The position numbers and the translations under genes are program-made. A stretch of DNA of 34,363 nucleotides from Diploschistes diacapsis (taxonomy: Eukaryota): the NCBI GenBank assembly GCA_023645945.1, contig JALAIB010000086.1:1-34363 (forward strand), read 5' to 3'. Shown piece after piece: positions 9,552-21,927 of this stretch (the first letter of the stretch is position 1; each line of letters opens with the position of its first letter). The notes under the pieces were generated by a model. The model searched no databases. It was not told the DNA's origin and worked only from the letters and a program-made list of their open reading frames with translations.

Positions 9552-12500
9552 AGCCTCTGACCCGCTCGAACGAGCAAAGCCCGGCGTACGGTAACCCAGC
9601 ATCCTTCCTTTCCTCATCTGCCCTGGCCTGATCAAGTACGCAGCGGCCGCGGGAAAATGTTGGAGTACCTAAGCTCATGTTGGATCGGCAATCAAGACGA
9701 CGTGATTGCTTTTGACTGAAAGGTACATGATCACTTGAAGCAAGCATAATGCCACGAGGCTCACCAGAGGCACGGCCATGTTGCAATTGTGCAGGGAGTA
9801 TGGAACAATCGTGCGTCCTTTGGTCGAGTACGAAGGGGTACAGTACCGCGTACCTTGCATAAGCACTGGGGGGGGGAGAAAGAGGAAACTGCAGGCGTTT
9901 CCGCTGCTGTTTCCCTTTCTATGTTTTATGGTATTAAGGAGAATGCTCGACGCTCGGGTCCTTGCTCGCCATGCGCAACCGCTTGCCCCCTGTCTAAAGA
10001 TGTGCCTGTGAGTTTGCCTGCTGGCTTGCAAGTTGCATCCCAGCGATTCTATTTTTGGTCTCAATCAGACAGTTTCAACATCGACTTCCTGCAGCATGCA
10101 GGAAATTGAAGGAGCATGATGGGAATCCATCACTTACGTACTTTGTACTCGAACCCAACCTAACTTGTAACGTTCCGTCGAGCCATGAGCCTTTGCGCTA
10201 GGTTGCGTTCACAAGCGCATCAAGTCCCGGCATACGGAAACTGAGCTCGCGCACATACTGTACAATTTCTCGTGAATCCCTTAGGTGCAAAAACGTTTAT
10301 CAAGTTTGCTCCTCTCATACCAGACCGGCATACTCAACCCAAAACTACGGTTCCCCGAACTTCAGTCTTGTTGTCTTTATGCACCTTTCTGCTCAATTGG
10401 CTCGAAAGAGCAACTAGCGTGAATATAAGTTCAAACCTTTGGCCGCCACCCCGCATACGAAGCTGAACATGTTGACCAATGGTTGTATCATTGAAGAACG
10501 GGGCTGGGTACTCGGCCTAAACCCATAATGCGCCTAGTTAAGATCGTGTCGCCCCAACTCGTGGCGGCGTGGTAGTTGCCCAAGACGCTATCTACTTAAA
10601 GGCCACACCAAGCTCCAGAGGGTGCGGTCAGAGCAAATATGAGCTAAGCCTACTTGCCCGTAAGGAAGCGGTTTGCAGCATGATAAGCGTTGAGTCGAAG
10701 TATAGCATAACCGGAACGTCTTCAATTCTGCCTTGGCCGGCTTCTGGCTTGCGATCTAAAACTGGCAAAGGACAGTATCATGTAACGATCTTGCATGGCC
10801 TGGTTGTTTGAAGTTGCAAATAGCAAGACGCCCAGCCCGGGTTTCCCAAACTACCATCCCTGTTTTCACCCCTATTTGTGCTCAGCCACCACGAGGAAGA
10901 TCGACTGTCCATTAAACCATGTGGTTACAAGGATTCATGTTGCCAGGGCTTCGAGTTAGCGACTATTAATTACTACCTCTATTTGGATACAAAAATAAAC
11001 ACGCTCCCTGAAGATGTCGATGCGACCTTGTGCCGAGTGCCTGTTCGACTTTGTTTTGTGCATGTAGGTTTGAAAAGACGGGCGATGGGTGAGAATGCTG
11101 CTGCGGCTTACTGTCGATCGATGCGCGTACCCGCACCCGGGCAAGGTCCGGCAAGAGCACAAGAGCCTACGGAGATACGAATTCGCCTGCATCGACTCGG
11201 GAGGCCGGGATATCCAACAGACGAAGTGTGCAAGTGGTGGAAATGCCGAGCTACGAGCAGCAGAGGTACTTCGTAGCTTCTAGTCTAGGTCAATATTCGG
11301 TGGCCAGAATGAACATGAACGGCCTACGCTTTGCCCAACTGCCAACAACCATCACACAGCAGGCTCCAATAGGATTACTGGCACCAGCAAGCAGAGCTCA
11401 AGCTTTCAGACACAGAAGCGCTCAAATCCTCAAGATGAATTGAGTTAATACCGACTGGCATTTGCGTTTTGAGAAATGGCTCTCGCGTCAGCCCAAAGTC
11501 TGTTCGGGAACAGTACTCTCCATTGCCTGCTTTGTCTCCGTTAGAGTGACGCTGCTAGCTTCATGCAATTGAAAATCAGACGATCTGTTCTGGGGCCGAT
11601 ACCTTTTGTGTAGAAAACTATTTTATCTTGTGCGAGGGCTATAGCTAAAAGCCTCGTGGCCATAACCGATTTGGCAATGTGGCTTCATGGCGTCTTTGCT
11701 TATTACCTGATCAAGCCGTTTTGGCTTGAGAAGTCGGCGATGTCAGGCATTGGCGGGCTCCGAATGGTACGGAAAGCATATCTATTCCGTACAGCAAGCT
11801 GGCGCCTGAGGCTGATCGCGATGATTTGCTAGCCACCAGAAGCCGGTCCGCTGTCAATCTGGCATATCGACACAAATGCGCTGTGGCTCCCCCGCCCTTG
11901 CTCGCCTGTCAACGACCATTTACCTCTTTCGGCTGCATGGGCATTTCTTGTCCTCTGATGGATGCAGCCATATTACCCCGCAATCGCGAGCTATGAACAG
12001 GCTAGCCTGTTGAATACTTCCTCAAGATGCTTTTGGGCGACGGAAGTATTTCCGGAGCTTGCTCGGTCAGCTACTACCGAGAAAATCCGAAGCAATAACA
12101 ATATCTACTAGTACTTGACCCAACATCGTTGACCATCGAAGGAGGAAAGGAGGCCAGCTGTGCCAGCCGTTACGGATCAGAACATCGCGACCAATGTCCG
12201 GGCCATAAATTCGCGCATTGGGCGAGATGTCGATGGTGCGTTTGTAGGTGTTGTCCAAATTCCAAGTACATGGAGCTCCTCTTTCCAGACTCCAGCCAGC
12301 AAAGTAATATTGATACGTCATGCTTCGTTCGGTTATGCGTTCATACTCCAGGATTCGTCGATGCTGCCGTTCTCTATTGCTCGAAAAGCTCTCCCTTGGA
12401 AGCAAGAGCGATAGAATTCAAAGCCCACATGCCACGCCGGATGAGAGTATCTAAAGGGAAGCAAACAACAGCAACGGCACGAACACGAGCTTGAACGGCT

Positions 12501-13902
12501 GCTTGAAGCTCATCAACTACATGTGGTCTCTCACATGTTGTAATCTTCTCCATTCATCACGACCATTTTGTTGCATATAAGAACGGGTAGCAAAAGGAGC
12601 AGGGCTGTGGAACCACGAATCAGCTACTATTCTACTTCGCCGAGCTTTTTAAAGCGTACATACCTTGCATTAGCCTCTTGCTAGGACTGCAATGGGATTT
12701 TTTTTCGAAACCTGGACTTCACGCACAAGTTCCAGCTTCGGCTTTTACCAAGCAGGTGAAGCCTGCGTGCGCTATTTGATCTGCTCGAAACGAGTTGTTG
12801 GGCCGGAATAATAACACCGATTGACTGCATTGCTCTTTTTCGGCATAGCCCCGATCGGATTGAGATCTAAGCGAAACCTAGCAGGGATTATAACAGATCT
12901 GATCAGATCTGCCCGCTCCACTTGCCGCTAGTACGCGCCCCTGGAATGAGGCGCAACCCCCCCCTCCCCCCATATCTCTGACCATTACTCGTGCAGTTCA
13001 ATGACCACATTGGTTGACATGTTCGACCAGGGATATTCAATCAAGCAAGTGTCCCTAGAAGCAATTTGTCGGCGCTGGAATCGCCAGACGGAGATCTATG
13101 GCGGAAGCGTTTCTGACCGGCGTTCAGGAGGGAGGAACAAAGTCGTCTGGGATCCTGGCCGAAGAAAGGTGAAGTGTGCAGTTTCTTTACACTTGGCAGG
13201 CAATGCACATCTCCTACATTTGATCGATGCTGATTGGTCTTCTCAGTCTCGACGGTATCTCTCAGCCTTGAGGTGCAGATATCTTCCGGACGAACATGAT
13301 TCATCACGGCCTCAGCGCTCTTCCGTGATCAAGAGGGCACCCAACCGGCTGCTAACGCAACTTGTGACGCCCGGGCGGGTTCCAACAACATATCGAAAGC
13401 GTTTACAAGCATGATTCTAGTTTTATAACACGGCTTGATAGATTCCGGTGCCGGATCGGCTCAGCCCGCTCACTCGTTTTGGGTTCCCGCCGTCCTCCTT
13501 CCGTACTGCTTTGACTGCACGATAATCATCCAAATTCGAAGCTCTTCGCTTGATTTTTATCCGACCAAACCGGCGCATTGCTCGTTGTTTGCGAACGCTC
13601 GGTGTCCATTGGGCATGAAAGTATAGTAAACAGGAGCTACCCGTGTAAGCCCTGTCGTCCATATGATTCAGTGCCTGGTATCAAAAGTCATATATGTCTA
13701 CGGGCATACCAGCCGTGCATTCTCTGATTTATGCACTTCAAGAACAAATAAGTTTTTCCAGTCGAATAATGCCTCCTCCACAAACTCTGCAGTCTAATGG
13801 CGTCGTTGGAATGTTACAATTCCAGCTGTGGTCGCCCACAAACTGTGCCGGCCAGAGCTGGGACAAGATGTCAGCATGCTATACAAGGGAAGAAGCCCTA
13901 AA

Positions 13903-13983
13903 GAAGAAGAAGAAGAAGAAGAAGAAGAAGAAGAAGAAGAAGAAGAAGAAGAAGAAGAAGAAGAAGAAGAAGAAGAAGAAGAA
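13903..13983. repeat. Perfect (GAA)27 trinucleotide microsatellite
   Basis: 81 nt of uninterrupted GAA. Confidence 0.97.
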
Positions 13984-14492
13984 GATGGGTTCCTGCTTCG
14001 CATGCATGCGGGTTCTGTAGTTCGCTTGGACGTCGCGTTAAGGCCAGCACTACTTTCTTCCAACTGCTTTCATGCTGTTCACGACTTTCTATCTGGCAAC
14101 GTACCCTCCTCCTGCGCTCCGATTCCCGAACGGGGGCTACGGCCACAACTTCCATATCTTCTTGTTTTCTTTCCCAGACGGCTGGCATTTCCCAGTTTCA
14201 ATCCCACAGCTCCAGAGCACCCTCTACTAATCTATCGTCAGTCATCCATCAGTGACCTCTCCTTTACCGAGCGCAATCCAGGCTCTCTTCAGTCTGCAAC
14301 TTAGTCCGCAGTTCTACCTTACCGCTACTCCCACGCCGCGCCGTCAACGGCGCAAAATCCTCCCATAATCAAGTCCCCCCGAGTGGTGGGGAGGGTAAAG
14401 GAGGTGGGGAAAGTGGAGACACAGGAGATGGTGCTCGCGCTTCGTCATACACGCGCACAGTCAACATTCACATTCGGTAGGATCGAGAGGGA

Positions 14493-14525
14493 TAGGTAGG
14501 CAGGTAGGTAGGTAGGTAGGTAGGT
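14493..14525. repeat. (TAGG)n tetranucleotide microsatellite with one CAGG variant
   Basis: taggtaggcaggtaggtaggtaggtaggtaggt. Confidence 0.9.
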
Positions 14526-15127
14526 CGAGAGATAGGACCGTGGTACGATCAGGTGCGCGGGGTGTATGATGGGAGGGAGAGGATGAACGATAAAGATGAA
14601 CCGGGGGCGCTAGAGGTGAGAGGTCTGGGCTGGAAGGAGACCGGGGGAATATTTGTATGTATGGTAGTGGGCAGTGCTCTGGTAAACGGTTTGGTCGACA
14701 AAAAGGTCCGGGGGCCCTCCAACTGAGGATGAAAAGAAAAAAAATAAACCATGATTTTCGGATCGTAGAAGCACAAACTAATGAATCGAGAGAGAGCATG
14801 TTATGCAAAAAAGTAACAGCGGCGGGCCCTATGAGCTTGAAAAGAACGGCAGGCTGAACGCAGCGAAGGAGAAGGAAAGGGGACAGACGCAAGCACAACG
14901 GTGCATCTTGCTCCTTCCCAGCTTGTGCGTAGCAAGCTTCGATTCTGAAACGATCTTAATGGTAACTGCACGGATCTTGACTCTTGCCCATCCCTACGCC
15001 CCCCAACCTTCTCGACACACTTTCTCGATACACACGCAGCTCACGCTTCCATTCCCCACCCCAGCAGCAGAGAGTCCCTCCCCGGCCACTCTCACGCAAA
15101 CCAATTCGCCCCGCCAACCAAATAAGC

Positions 15128-16437
15128 CTACTTGCCTGGGTTCTCCTTGACAAACTTAACGCCCTTCTCAATATTCTTCTTGAGATCGACCAGACACGCG
15201 TCCAACAGCCCCTGCTCGTGCTCCGATACCTCGCCAACAGGCATGATCTGCTGCACGCCATCCGGGCCCAGCTCTACCTTGCTGGCAAAGTACTCTACGC
15301 CCTGGTCCTTGTAGAGCGGGCTGTCCACGAATGTCGGCTCCACAACGCCCTTCACGCCCTGCGAGGCCTTGAGCAAGCTCTCCGCGAACCTGGCGCCAGC
15401 CATTGCCATGCTCAACGTTGCGCTGCCGGCGCCGTCCTTGGCCTTGACCACCTCATCGCCGCCGAACTGCACGCGGTAGACGAGGTCGTCGAGGGATTTG
15501 CCTTGGATGTCGCCGTGGCCCGATTGCGAGATGAGCGGTACAATGGTGACCCCCGAGTGACCGCCCACCACAACGATGTTCTCGTCGGCCGGGTCCGTGC
15601 CCTTGATCTGCGAGACGAAGCGCGATGCACGGACAACATCGAGGGTGGTCACGCCGAAGAGGCGCTTGGGGTTGTAGACACCTTTGGACTTGAAGATTTC
15701 GGCGACGATGGGGACCGTGGAGTTGACCTTTTGACAGGGACGCGAATATCAGCCATCAAACACTCAGGTGCGGAGATGGATGTTGCGCGTCGATTGAGGA
15801 GCAAAGATGAGCTTACCGGGTTCGAGATGATGAGGTAGTTGGCATTCGGGGCAGCGTCGGCAGCAGCCTTTGCGAGGTCGCGGACGATGGAGGCATTCGT
15901 GTTGAAGAGATCTGTCACATCATCAACCTCCATCCGTCACTGTCTGACGTTGTCAATCTCATACCATCCCGGGTCATGCCAGGCTTCCGGGGAACTCCGG
16001 CGGGAATCAGAACAATCTCAGCGTCCTGCAGGGCAGACTTGAGACCCCTTGCGTCTGGTTCATGGCTGCTGACTTTGCTCTGGGTGTTGATATGGCTGAT
16101 ATCGGCAGCCACACCTGTAATCGATAAGTAATTCGCCGATTGAGCTAAACAAGTTCCTCGTTCTCACCTGGGCCGCCCTTGATATCGTAGAGAGCGAGTT
16201 CAGTGACTCGGGGGTTAAGCTTCATAAGCAAGGATAATGGCTGTCCGATGCCACCGGCCGCTCCTAGAATGGTGACTTTGGATAACTGGTAAAGCGTTTA
16301 GGATCCATCGCTGCAAACCCAAGGCAGGGGGCAAGCTCTCAATGGAAAGCTCCCGAGGGTCTCAAACTTACGTCTCTAGCCGAAGCGGAAAAGGCTCTGC
16401 GCTGGGCAGCGCCGAGAACCTGTCTTGCAGCAAACAT
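15128..16437 (-). CDS. mdh1: Mitochondrial NAD-dependent malate dehydrogenase; exons complement(16372..16437, 16168..16285, 15965..16114, 15817..15911, 15128..15727)
   Basis: Presequence-like [22 protein letters not shown], Rossmann motif [70 protein letters not shown]. Four GT-AG introns keep the frame. Confidence 0.97.
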
Positions 16438-16912
16438 GTTTGATTATATGAGGGCGGAGGACGAAAAGAGATACGTAAGAATGCGTGGAGGTGATTAATG
16501 GGGAAAAGCGAGTAGTAGTGATGGTGGGAGTGTGCTGAGCTTCGTTCGTCAAGTTCAAGTTGCTGCGAAGATGCTCCCTTCCGGCCGATCCTCGAGCTTT
16601 ACCCGACTTGGTCTGGCTTAACGTAAAATTCCGCACTAAGAACAAAGCTTTTCGTATACAGGCTCACAGCTGATCTGAAGAGCTTCCCCAAACAAAACAA
16701 CTCAAGGCAGGCTGGCTCAACCGTTTCATTCGTACTAGTTGAAGGGTTCTGTCTAAGAGGGACGTCTCCAATATCCTTCTTGCTTGCTTTATAAAAACTT
16801 TTAGTCCATAGAAAAGATTGCCGAAAGCTCCGACACTGAATACACCCATTCCAACCAAGAAGAAGCGCAGCTCGAATGAAGCCTGATGTCAATGGCGATC
16901 TACTACGACCGA

Positions 16913-17803
16913 TCAATAAACCAGCCGATATGGTCGCCTATGGTATGGTTGTGTGTATCCGATACCCGCATGCTCATCCCGCGATCCCCCACCCCCACCA
17001 AAGCCAAGAAGATTCTGCCTGTTCCACACCGAAGAACCTCGGTGCCGATCCATCTGGCCGTTATGAAAGCCACCGTGCCACGGAAGCTGTAGGGCCCGAT
17101 TTTGTCGAGGGTCGTCGAGCGCAAGCCTTGGACGATGGTGGGCATTGCGTACGGCTATGCCACTGGAGTTGCTGAATGGATTCCAAGGCTCCACTTCACG
17201 ATGGTATGGTACGTATCGTCCATTCACTTCGTCGAGAAGCTCCAGCGTGTGCTTCCTAAAAGGAAACGGAGAAGGAAACTCGTCAATCTCCTGGATGAAA
17301 GACATTTCCCTACCAACGACTGCGCAGATGTCTGCCATGGGTTGATTCATCCAGTCGAGCGCGTTGAAACAGATCAAAGCAGTCTGTGGCGAGACCTCCA
17401 TCATGTCATCAAAGTTGCGTAGGAAGAAATTCGACAATGTCCGGAAAGAGTAGTCGCTGCTGATCTCCCCGTCCGGCGTGAGGAAACAAGCGAGATCTGT
17501 GAAAACAGAAGCAAAGGGAGCGGCTCGTGGCCACATATCGCGATTGATCAGACACTTGTAGTCGCGTTTCCACAGTTTCTCGAGGCTTCTTGGAAGGACT
17601 TGAGACGTTCCGCAGTCATAAAGCTCTTCGAAATGGTCCTGTAGGATGGCCGCCGCTTTTCGTGAGCCTCGGCCATGCATCATGTAGCTGTCTCTGGGGT
17701 AGTGGACACCTCGCCTGCCGTTCCGCAAATAGCCTGGAAGATGTTGCTGGAGGAAGTTTCGACCGGCCTCAAAACCCCGACCCGGTAGGAACCGGACACT
17801 CAT
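16913..17803 (-). CDS. Hypothetical protein, intronless, about 296 aa
   Basis: Uninterrupted ORF of ~300 codons that does not overlap another gene. First ATG at 17803 in ATC ATG context. Protein-like composition, but no family recognised. Confidence 0.75.
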   Translation of the reverse strand: MSVRFLPGRGFEAGRNFLQQHLPGYLRNGRRGVHYPRDSYMMHGRGSRKAAAILQDHFEELYDCGTSQVLPRSLEKLWKRDYKCLINRDMWPRAAPFASVFTDLACFLTPDGEISSDYSFRTLSNFFLRNFDDMMEVSPQTALICFNALDWMNQPMADICAVVGREMSFIQEIDEFPSPFPFRKHTLELLDEVNGRYVPYHREVEPWNPFSNSSGIAVRNAHHRPRLALDDPRQNRALQLPWHGGFHNGQMDRHRGSSVWNRQNLLGFGGGGGSRDEHAGIGYTQPYHRRPYRLVY

Positions 17804-19002
17804 GATGAAATAAATGACCGCCAAAGAGGCTTGAAGTAGGTGTAGTCAATTTGTATCAAGAAAAGAGAGTGTCAGACATGTGAAGTAAGAATGTCAAGGC
17901 TAGGCGGTGAGGAAAGTCATGCTGAAGGCCCGCATAGAAATAAGGCGCACAGCGTCCTGAGAAGATATTTATTTGGCGAAATCATACTCTAGAAGGAAAA
18001 TGCTTGAGTTACTCGTAAAGCCAGGAGGCAAATGAGCGTGAGGTGTATGCTATGACGCCGAGGCAAAATGATCAACATTGGCGATCGAGCAAACACAGCG
18101 CACACCGTGTTCGAAGCAAAGTAATGAAGCTACTAAGAACCTATCCGGCATTTGGCCGCGATGTACCAACTCTCCCAAGCACACTTTAGGGGTCTCATGC
18201 CCGGCCAGCATTCGACAGTGAGGCACCAAGCCCCCTGACCCCGTATTCTAAAGGCGTACAAGAGCTCGCATCTTCTTTCTTGGCGCCCGGCCACGCCGTG
18301 ATTGTTTTTGTTAGGCAATGATGTACATGAATTTTACGGCCATCGAGGGCAAACGCCTTGGCCAGGTTACGGGAGGATAAGCGGATAATGCTTCCGGGAT
18401 CGAGTATAACGTGCCATTGTTCGTGCACAACCGTCCGAAGTCGTTTGGAATTGTTGGGAAAGAAAGCAAAAAAGATGGTGAGCGGAAGGACAGCTGCAAT
18501 ATGGAAAGTCGAGGATGAAGCACAGACCTAACGCAAAATTAGAAGCCATTGGGCTGATTGAACAAGGGAAGCTGGTCCACCTAGAGAAACGTTGAACAAA
18601 TGCAAAGCCAGAGCAAATGAAAAAGTCTGCACCATTCCGCGGAACATCCTCCCGAAAGCAACGGGCTGGATTGCTTCGCGAGTCGTGTTACCGCAATAAT
18701 GTTGCTACCCGTGTATGCCAGTATTATTTGAAAGAAGGTCGATATGTCGGTTATGGTGGGAGAGGTGTTTGTTGGCTAGAGAACTCAAGACTTTGTTGTG
18801 TGTAGTAGGTATAGTATGTATATTAGGTAGTCGCTGTCAAGTGGGAAAAGCTAAACATTTTCGGCGCACACATAGTCACGTCATGGACTGCACTCAGGTG
18901 GCAAGAAAGAACTCTTTGGATGCACTGCAACTTAAAGCATTTGACGATAGTGACATTCGAAAGGAAAACCCCTACCAGGTAGCGTGAGTGGACTCGACAA
19001 AT

Positions 19003-20097
19003 ATGTCAATTATCAAGACGACACATTTCAACCCGGATAAGGATATACCTGATCTGAGTGGCAAGGCATGGAGATCAACCTGTATCGAGAATCACTTAGC
19101 TGACTTTCCTCCTTTGCCAGACATTCATTGTCACTGGAGGCTCTGCCGGTATCGGATTTGGTATTGTCGCGCATCTCCTCCAGCACCATGCGGGCAAAAT
19201 CATTCTCCTTTCAAACAAGGAGGAGCATGCCTCGGAAGCTCTGGACGAGTTTAAAAATTGGGGGAACGTCGCCACTGTTGATTGGCAGCAGTGCGATTTG
19301 GCTGACTTGGAGCAAACCAACCATGTCGCACATAAGCTCAAGTCACAGCTAGAACAGCTGGATGCCTTGATTTGTAATGCCGGTTTGGGAGTAGGCAGGT
19401 ACTGGGAGACGAAAGACGGTCTGGGTAGGTCTGAGATATTCCCCTGCAGAGCCCGCTCGCCAATGCAGCACTAGATTCTCATTTTCAGGTCAATCACCTC
19501 TCACAAATGCTGCTTACCATGGTCTTGCTCCCCTTGGTGTTGGCCACGCCGAATTCCCGCCTGGTATACCAGTCTTCCGAACTCCATCGGGGAACCCCGT
19601 CATCCACCCACTTTGCCTCGAAGCAGGAGATCAATCAAGACCTGGGGCCATCCAACCTCTATGCTCGGTCAAAGCTTGCGCAAATTCTGTTTGTCCACGC
19701 TCTCCACAGACGCTTGCAGAACCCTCCATCATATATTGCAAACCTGCCGAATCGAGCCGGCACCATCTGGATCAATTCCACTCATCCCGGTGCTGTCGAG
19801 ACTCCGCAGCAGGAGCAGGCCAAGGACGCCTATGGCACTGTGGGTAAGATCGGAGTTGCCATCATCAGACCGTTCATGACGGATCCCGTGAAGGTTGGCT
19901 GCAGAAGTGCACTCTTTGCTGCGACATCGGACGACGTGATTAAAGGAAATATCAACGCACAGTATATTGTGCCGGATTGTGAGGTGAAGTCCGTATCGAA
20001 GCAGGGGCAGGACGAAGGGCTCCAGGAAGCGTTGTGGAAGCTCTCCGAGGAGCTTATCCAAGCGCGATTTGGTACCCTACCATACGTGACTGAATAG
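19003..20097 (+). CDS. Short-chain dehydrogenase/reductase (retinol dehydrogenase/WWOX-like); exons 19003..19065, 19121..19424, 19475..20097
   Basis: DIPDLSGK/TFIVTGGSAGIG cofactor motif, LDALICNAG, HFQVNHLS, catalytic YARSK, HPGAV. Intron 1 (19066..19120) is GC-AG and intron 2 (19425..19474) is GT-AG. Confidence 0.93.
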
Positions 20098-20326
20098 AAA
20101 GGCACATCAGGGGCGCGAGTTCCTCAACCGGTGCAAGAATAATGTTATGTCAGCTACGAGAAAGGACCCAAGACTACTTCAATGGAACCGAGCAGCTGGG
20201 TACTTTGAGCAACGTGAATCAATCTTGTAAAACGGTCTGAAGGACCCCGAGCCGTGGCCTAGCATTAGAACTAAATGAGGAACTCGTAGCCGGTCCAAGG
20301 GTGGGTAAGTACTTGTACTACAACGT

Positions 20327-20362
20327 GTAGGTAGGTAGGTAGGTAGGTAGGTAGGTAGGTAG
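20327..20362. repeat. (GTAG)9 tetranucleotide microsatellite
   Basis: Nine perfect GTAG units between the SDR and SnoaL-like genes. Confidence 0.95.
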
Positions 20363-20558
20363 TACTGGAGGCGCATGGTTTTTCCTTCCTGATGCTCCTC
20401 GCTTTGCCATAGAGTGATGATGTCACCCGTTCTCGTGGTTAGTTAAGTTGAGTATTGACGCGGATGACAGGAAAAAAAAAAGAGTGGAGTGGACCTGGAC
20501 ACCTTTCTTTCTTTTCGTGAAGTGGATAGACAACCAGAGATATACTGTAACTTTCGCC

Positions 20559-21181
20559 ATGTCAGATAACCCAAAGCAATACGAGCCTCATCCGGACCCT
20601 CAGGGGCTTACCTCCAAATTATCCGCTGAACCGAAGCTCGACATCGACTATGAGCCGTATCCCGAACGCTCGGTAAAGATTGACGCAGACCGTGAGAAGG
20701 TACTGAAGTCGATCTGCAATCTATATTCCGGAAGCGCAAGCGAGGAAGACATGCAGGTCTACGCCGAGAAAGCCGTCTATGATGACCCCTGGAGCTACTG
20801 CGATACCCGCTATAAGATTGCAGGTCAATGGTACGGTGAGTTGTCATAGAGATCGTGGAGATAGTTAACACTAATATTAAACATTCTCTAGGCATCCCAA
20901 AGATCATGGCTTCCTCCAAGACGCTCAAGACGGAAGTGGTGTCCTCAACCCCGACGGAATTGGCGTTCAAGCTGCAACAGGAATACAAACCGAGAGTGCT
21001 TCAGCTACCCAAACCTGTGAACAGTCTGGTGACACTGACCTTTGACGAGCAAGGCAAGGTCAAGTACCACAAGGATATGTGGAACGAGAAGGATTATAGC
21101 CATGGTGGGATAGGGAAGATCCTAAAGACTCTGAACGGAGATCATCTTACCAAAATCACCAATCCGCCAGATTCGCTGTAG
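20559..21181 (+). CDS. Conserved fungal protein, probable NTF2/SnoaL-like fold; exons 20559..20835, 20892..21181
   Basis: GCC ATG start. YAEKAVYDDPWSYC...IAGQWYG/IPK and LTFDEQGKVKYHKDMW match the SnoaL-like pattern (Y...A.F.DP; G.I..H.D.W). Intron GTGAGT...CTAAT...TAG (56 nt) joins two ORF-track fragments in frame. Confidence 0.85.
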
Positions 21182-21888
21182 TGGGACGTTGGTAGTTATT
21201 GATATCAATTTCCCATATCTATGGGGGTATTTGTACACAGCTACGAGCCGGCCGTCGCCGAATCGCCATCCGCTGCTCCTGTATCTGATCTAGGTGTGGA
21301 TATTTCCATGCCTGGCAAACAAGGGTTTGCGAATAGAGAGTTGATGCCTAGAAAGTGCTGAATCAAGCTCTACTGGCTAGTCATTGAAATTGCTGATAAC
21401 CAAGACATCATCTCCCACATGGATGCCGTGCAGTGCAAGAGAGCTATCTGCAATTGATGCCGAGTCTATATTGACCATATGCAGACTTCATCCTACTGTG
21501 GATAGTGATCAGCGAAAGCGTGCAGTTGTTGAGCGCAAGGCCCAATCCCCATCATCCTCCGCCGCGATTCCACCAGGTAGCATGTTTGTGGAGTTCCTTG
21601 CTCCGAAGCCAAAGAGAATAACATAGAAAGTGTAGAAAGGCGTGGACGAAAAGGGAAAGGGCCAAAACCCCGTAAGAGATCGCAGAGCTTTCTCGAAGGG
21701 CAGAATGAATCTGTCCTTTGGGGCGGAAGAGCTCTAACGTAGCCTACCCACCATATAAAGTTGAGCGTAGAAGCAAACATGGCGTAGAGGACCAACAGAT
21801 GTAAGTCATAAACCAAGAGTCCAGATGCACGCCGTGAGCACGCTGCATGGTGACTACCAGACTCAAGAGCTCAATAGATGTGTGATAG

Positions 21889-21927
21889 AGAAGCATGGAA
21901 GGATGGAAGCATGGAAGGATGGAAGGA
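21889..21927. repeat. Short tandem repeat of GGAAG(C/G)AT octamers
   Basis: agaagcatggaaggatggaagcatggaaggatggaagga. Confidence 0.7.

Noticed and set aside
13694..14304. ORFs with poly-K, poly-E, poly-S and poly-L runs
   Set aside because: All are translations of the (GAA)27 microsatellite in different frames.
15090..15130. Possible stop-codon readthrough giving a peroxisomal MDH isoform
   Set aside because: The stop is TAG GCT, not the TGA CTA readthrough context, and the extension (AYLVGGANWFA) has no PTS1.
14984..15838. 284-aa + strand ORF
   Set aside because: Antisense shadow of the strongly codon-biased mdh1; no independent protein features.
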